Part shown: piece by piece, positions 33,810 through 38,887 of the stretch
How the letters are laid out: the number at the start of each line of letters is the position of its first letter
Numbering within the stretch: position 1 is the first letter of the stretch
Source: Chiloscyllium plagiosum
Lineage: Eukaryota
Length of the DNA: 38,887 nucleotides
Assembly: GCF_004010195.1 (NCBI RefSeq)
Contig: NW_025214984.1
Coordinates: 1 to 38,887 of the forward strand
Reading direction: 5' to 3'
Position numbers and translations under genes: made by a program
Notes under the pieces: generated by a model
What the model was told of the DNA's origin: nothing
Database searches by the model: none
Seen by the model: only the letters and a program-made list of their open reading frames with translations

Positions 33810-33962
33810 GAGTCAAATTTGATAGGCATCATGGGCATGAAAGGTTGAATTAGTTAGATTTGGTGAGAATATGGTGAGAAATTTTATCAGTCACGATTGA
33901 ACGGTAGAGCAGACTCAATGGGCCGAATGGCCTAATTTCTGCTCCTATGTCTTATGATCTTA
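33810..33962 (+). mobile_element. CR1-type LINE 3'UTR tip
   Basis: GATTGAACGGTAGAGCAGACTCAATGGGCCGAATGGCCTAATTTCTGCTCCTATGTCTTATG. Confidence 0.7.
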
Positions 33963-34339
33963 AAACCAACTATGTCGTGCATCGGGAATCCCTCCAAACA
34001 ATGCAACTCAGACTGAACCAAAAATGTAAGATTGAGGGCCATACTTTCTCGTTGAAGCCATATTTTCTATTTTTAATATATTAATAAAGACGCAATATAT
34101 TTTACTGTTTGACATACCACTTTTCTGCTGTTTTAAAAGGAGTGTACCAGCAAGTGAATCGATGTCCATGAAAAGGAGATTTTTGAACTCATTTGAATTA
34201 AAAAAAAACTCAGGTCAAAACTCGAGTGCAATAATGCCTCAAATGTACGATATTGGCAATACTTCTTATAGTTTGAGTGAAGTTTAGAGTGTAGAATTAT
34301 TTATGCCTTTACAGGAATACAGTGGATTTTGGCTAGGTA

Positions 34340-34353
34340 GTGCCACCTAGTGG
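34340..34353 (-). promoter_or_regulatory. CTCF consensus binding site
   Basis: Minus strand CCACTAGGTGGCAC fits CCASYAGRKGGCRS. A TGTAGT (TGCAGT-like upstream module) lies 12 nt upstream. The flanks appear unique. Confidence 0.6.
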
Positions 34354-34494
34354 TGAGAATATCCTACTACAATGCTTCAAGCCACGAAACGTTTGCACTT
34401 CTATCATTCATTGTCAGAGCCTTCCATTAGAAGGATGCTGTGTAAGAATCGCTTCTGCTCAATCCATACATTGCCAATTTGAAAGCAAGCAACC

Positions 34495-35462
34495 CTCAGT
34501 GCTGGGACCAAAATTATTTACAATATATATTATTGAGTTGGATACTGGAATTGACTGGACTATAGACAAATATTCAGGGGACACAAAAATGGATGGGAAG
34601 GCAAGTGGTCAGGATGATACAAGGAGTCGACTGAGGAGCATAGACAGGTTAAGTGAGCAGGCAAAAACTTAGCAGTTTGAATCTAAGATGGGATATTAAG
34701 AGGCTTTGCATTTGACAGGAAAATTAGAAGATGTGATATCATTTTAATGGGGAAATTCTGCAGAAAGCTGCAGCATCGAGGACTTTGGTGTTCCTGGTGC
34801 ATGAGTTACCAAAAGCTATCATCCAAGTTCAGCTGGTAATAGGGAATGTCTGCCTTTGTTTCAAAGGGAATGGAGTATAAAAATCTGGAGGTCTTCCTAA
34901 AATTACACAAAGCATTTGTAATACCACATCAGGCACACTGAACAGTTTTGGTCCTGCTCGTTGAAAGAAAGACATACCAACAATGGAGGTAGGTCTGGCT
35001 TGTCTAGATCGATACTTGCCACAGAGGAATGTTATAACGAGAAAGAATTTGGAAGGCTGAGTTTGCACTCATTGAAGTGTCAAAGAATGAGAAGAGACCT
35101 TATTGAACCATGTATGATTCTTAGATGGCTTGACAGGGTAAATGCAGAGATGTTACTTCTCCTTGTGGGAGAGTCTCAGACCAGAGGGCATAATCCACAA
35201 AGTGAGGAGTTGCTCTTTTAATACAGAAATTAGGAGGATTCTTTTTTTGTCTGTGTGTCATTCTTTACTGCAGAAGGCTGTTAAAGGCCAGTACATTAAT
35301 ATATTCAAGGCTGATGTAGACAATTTATATTCAACAAGGGAATTAAAGGTTCAAAGAAAAAAAGGAGCAAAGTGCAGTTGAGGATTATCTGATCAGTCAT
35401 GACCTCACTGAATGGGCTGGCAGATTTGATGCGCCAGGTGACCTGTTTATGCTCCTGTGTCT
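34495..35462 (+). mobile_element. Decayed CR1-type LINE
   Basis: SVLGPKLFTIYIIELD...KYSGDTK and RMRRDLIE...GESQTRGH remnants, plus 3'UTR. Confidence 0.85.
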
Positions 35463-36063
35463 TCTGGTCTCACCCAGGTTGCTCATAAATATGAAAGTCC
35501 TGGCTTTTGAAGAGGTTAGAAAATAAGTTCTGCAGACAGAGAGGAAAGGATGAATTTTGGGAAGACCTCGATCCTCTGGATTGCTATCCCATTTGCACTC
35601 CATCGTAAATTCCAACAGATGTGATAATAGGCTGAAGAAACACCCATCACAAAGGCAGAGCCAGGCAAACAATGGATCCCAACGCTTCAACTAATTCAAT
35701 CGGCCTCTTGCAGTGTATGCCTGTCGAAAGCAGATGTGGTTCCTTGCTGGTGAACTGCTACAGATTTGATCAGACTGACAGCTTTGAGAAAATGTTTGCA
35801 TTTCCTGTAGTGATTTCAAAATAATTCTCTTTTCGATCTGAAGCCATCGTAGCAGTTTTGCTTCTGCATGCAGAAAAGTGCCTTTTCCCCAGGAGGCAAC
35901 AAGTTACTCTCTAACACAGATTTCTCATCTGTTTGTGTACATATTAGAGAGGATGAAGCAGAATCAAAGGGACAGTGCCAGAGGAGATTAAACATTCCAA
36001 TTGTGTACTGCCAAGAGGATATCTCAACTGCAGCCACTTGTTCTGAACTTTCTTTCATGATTG

Positions 36064-36695
36064 ATAGAAACATAGAAGATAGGAGCAGGAGGAGGCCATT
36101 CAGCCCTTCGGACCTGCTCTGCCAATCATCACAATCATGGTTGTTCGTTCAACTCAGTAGCCTATTCCTGATTTCTCCCAATAACATTTGGTCCCATTTG
36201 CCCCAAGTGCTGTATCTAGTTGCCACTTGAATATATTCAATGTTTTGGCATCAACTACTTCCTGTAGCAATAATTCCACAGACTCAACACTCTTTGGGTG
36301 AAGAATTGTCTCTCACCTCCGTCCTAAATGGTTCCGCCTCAAATCCTCAGATTGTGGCACCTAGTTCTGGATGCACCCACCATTGGAAGATCCTCCCTGT
36401 ATATACCCAGTCTAGTCCTGTTAGACTTTTATAATTCTCTATGAGACCCCCCCCCCCCCCCCCACCCTCACAAGTCTGAGCTCCAGCAAAAACAATTGCA
36501 ACCTAGTCAATCTCTCCTCAGGTTAGTCCCGCCATCCCCTGGAATCAGCCTGGTAACCCTTTTCTGCTGCACTCCCTCAAGAGCAAGAGCATCCTTCCTC
36601 AGAAAAGGAGACTGAAACTGCACACAATAGTCGAGGTGCGGCCTCACCGAGGCCCTGTATAACTGTAATAACACATCTCTGCTCCTGTACTCAAA
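36064..36695 (-). mobile_element. CR1-type LINE 3' part
   Basis: ORF 36507..36722 LLQLYRASVRPHLDYCVQFQSP; tail ATAGAAACATAGAAGATAGG. Confidence 0.85.
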
Positions 36696-36744
36696 ATGAT
36701 GTCTTGGAAAGCTGTGAATCAACGATGACGCTTGGGAGCATCCA

Positions 36745-37700
36745 CTGGTTTGTTTCTGTACAAAGATCTTCAGACAAAATTAGCAGCAAGGACAAGTCTC
36801 AGAGTAGTGGAAAAGACTGCAGTCGCACTCAACATTAATGCTATGCTCATCCCACTTAGTGACTGTAATCTTCAGTTCAAAATTAGCCAATTCATCATGT
36901 GCATTTGCATCAAACAAATCACAAAAATCACAACAACATAGTTTATGCAGTTCAACAATGGTCCCATGGAGATGACCGAAAGTTGGGAGATTTCCCAGGG
37001 TTAAGGAGCCATCAAATACATCTGTGTGTCAATCTAAACAAATAACAACTCACAGAACTACACGAGTTGAAAGTTTATATTCACCAATACACAATTCCTG
37101 TTCAAGTGTAAATATAAATTCTCCCATGTTAAAGATAATTATGCTAAGAGCTGTCACGATATTTTACATTTTGACAATCTAATGTCCCTATTGTACTTCA
37201 AAAACAGCAAATTATAGGATGGCTGCAAAGCGAAACAAGCTACCCACTCTTTATGTGGGTGGCATGTTTGTTCAGTGGTTAGCACTGCTGCCTCACAGCC
37301 CCAGGGATCCAAATTCGATTCCAGCCTTGGGCGACTGTCTGTGTGGAGTTTGCACATTCTCCTTGTGTCTGCGTGGTTTTCCTCCAGATGCCCTGGTTTC
37401 CTCCCACAGTCCAAAGATGTGCAGGTCAGGTGAATTGGCCATGCTAAACTGCTCATAGTGTTAGTTAGGGGTAAATATAGGTTGGGGGAAATGGGTCTGG
37501 GTGGGTTACTCTTTGGAGGGTCTGTGTGGACTTGTTGGGCTGAAGGGCCTGTTTCTATACTGTAGGGAATCTAATCTAATCTATACACATTATGACACCA
37601 CTTCATAGAGCCTGCTGTGCTAGAGCAAAACAAACCTGTGTAAAGAGCAGACCTTGCTCTGAGCGTACTGTTGTGATATGGAAAAGCAAGTTCTGGAAGT
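36745..37700 (+). pseudogene. Decayed PIF/Harbinger DDE transposase (HARBI1-like), interrupted by an HE1 SINE
   Basis: Remnants in order: DLQ...RTSLRVVEKTAVALN, ISQ..CICIKQIT, FPRV*GAIKYICVSI (GFPxVxGAIDCTH-like), SCHD, GWLQSETSYPL (WLLGDxGYPL-like), then MTP after the SINE. Confidence 0.7.
37257..37582 (+). mobile_element. HE1-type V-SINE, full length
   Basis: tRNA-like head, V-domain CTGTCTGTGTGGAGTTTGCACATTCTCC, and (AATCT)3 tail. Confidence 0.9.
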
Positions 37701-38339
37701 GGAGTAGATTAGAAGATGCCTTCCAATGAGCAGCAAGGGCATCATTTAGCTTAGTTGGAGAGATGACTGAATGGTGCAGAATAAGTCCTATAGTACGGCT
37801 TTGACATCATCTTGAATTTTTAAAGTCTGCCTTCTCCTTGATAGGTTCGCGCTTATAAAAGACTCCTTGATAGAAATGCCAGAGAATGATAAGAAAGGTC
37901 AATGTTGAAAGTATTGCAGCTGAAGACCAGAATCAGAAAAAAAAAATCAGTAGACCCGCGATCACAGCAGCTGAAAAATGAGTTCCAGCCTGGTTTGGGT
38001 AGTCTGATGCCTAATGAAGCGTTTGTCTACAATGTTCTCCCATCACATCAATATCTCACTACATTTTGACAAATTGAAACCATCCCATCCTCATATCTAA
38101 CTGCTGTATTAAAAATTATTCTGAAAATATGAACCTACACGAACAATGACACCTTCTTCTTCAATATAACCAATTAGAAACTAGTCCTTTCACTGCTTAA
38201 TGTATTCATTTATTACAAATATTCATACTTTTTTTGGTGAAATGTGAGTATTACTGAATGTTTTGGAAGGTTTCTCACCATGATGCCTTGTGAGAATTCT
38301 TGCCGTTCCTTACCAAACTTGCCTTATTAATGACTTTCC

Positions 38340-38648
38340 CGACCCCTGTGGTGTTCTTCACTGTCCACTACACCTCCAGTTTTGGTGTCATCTGCAAAAC
38401 TTAGTAACCGTACCTCCTACGTTCACATCCAAGTAATTTATATAAATGTCAAAAAGTAGCACCGACCCTTGTGACACACCGCTCTTCACAGGCCTCCAGT
38501 CTGAAAAACAACTCTCCAATACCACCATCTGCCTTCTACCTTTGGGCCAGTTCTGTATCCAAATGGCCAGTTCTCCCTGTACTCCATGTGATGTAACCTT
38601 ACTAACCAGACTACCATGAGGAACTTTGTCGAATGAAGGCCATATAGA
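38340..38648 (-). mobile_element. CR1-type LINE RT fragment
   Basis: ORF 38388..38672 FDKVPHG...WIQNW...GVSQGSVL. Confidence 0.88.
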
Positions 38649-38671
38649 ATTAAAAATCACACAACACAGCA

Positions 38672-38887
38672 AGGCAGCCTTTGTGTGGAGCCACAGAAAA
38701 TGGGGGAGATACTAAATGAATATCTTACATCAGTATTTACTGTGGAAAAGGATATGGAAGATATAGACTGTAGGGAAATAGATGGTGACATCTTGCAAAA
38801 TGTCCAGATTACAGAGGAGGAAGTGCTGGATGTCTTGAAACAGTTAAAGGTGGATAAATCCCCAGGACCTGATCAGGTGTACCCAAG
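38672..38887 (+). mobile_element. CR1-type LINE ORF2 fragment (runs off window)
   Basis: MGEILNEYLTSVFTVE...LKVDKSPGPDQVYP open frame. Confidence 0.88.

Noticed and set aside
37745..37810. tRNA-like TTAGCTTAGTTGG segment (also SINE heads at ~2650-2710 and ~3270-3330)
   Set aside because: No complete cloverleaf; these are decayed tRNA-derived SINE heads.
1..38887. CRISPR array, prokaryotic operon or intact autonomous transposon ORF
   Set aside because: No regularly spaced repeat-spacer array, the sequence is vertebrate, and all RT, endonuclease and transposase frames are truncated or disrupted.

Overview
This is eukaryotic, non-coding, repeat-rich DNA from a cartilaginous fish, probably a shark. 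The basis is HE1-type V-SINEs, HER1/CR1-type LINEs and SacSINE1-like SINEs, all recognised from memory rather than by database search. I found no credible host protein-coding exon; essentially all the listed ORFs are transposon fragments or chance ORFs. Host elements are (i) a repeat-free CpG-island promoter at ~8.6-12.1 kb, with CCAAT, GC-box, BANP-like, CRE and YY1 motifs and a probable non-coding first exon on the minus strand of an unidentified gene, (ii) an intact tRNA-Ile(AAT) gene at 21418-21491(-), and (iii) a strong CTCF-type motif at 34340. The rest is nested transposable elements: CR1, L2/CR1-like and RTE LINEs, SINEs, a Tigger-like MITE, a fossil PIF/Harbinger transposon with both genes, and about 17 Penelope-like element (PLE) fragments. 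The most striking pattern is a set of at least 8 short (~160-250 bp) non-coding palindromic insertions, each made of two head-to-head PLE 3' ends. Most have 13-17 bp target-site duplications and asymmetric ends (one short, one with a ~35-45 nt tail). Minimal hammerhead ribozyme motifs (CUGANGA-stem II-GAAAC-GUH) sit at the symmetry centre, on both strands in the best-preserved copies. Three sequence-distinct hammerhead/PLE families occur. Boundaries of old repeats are approximate.
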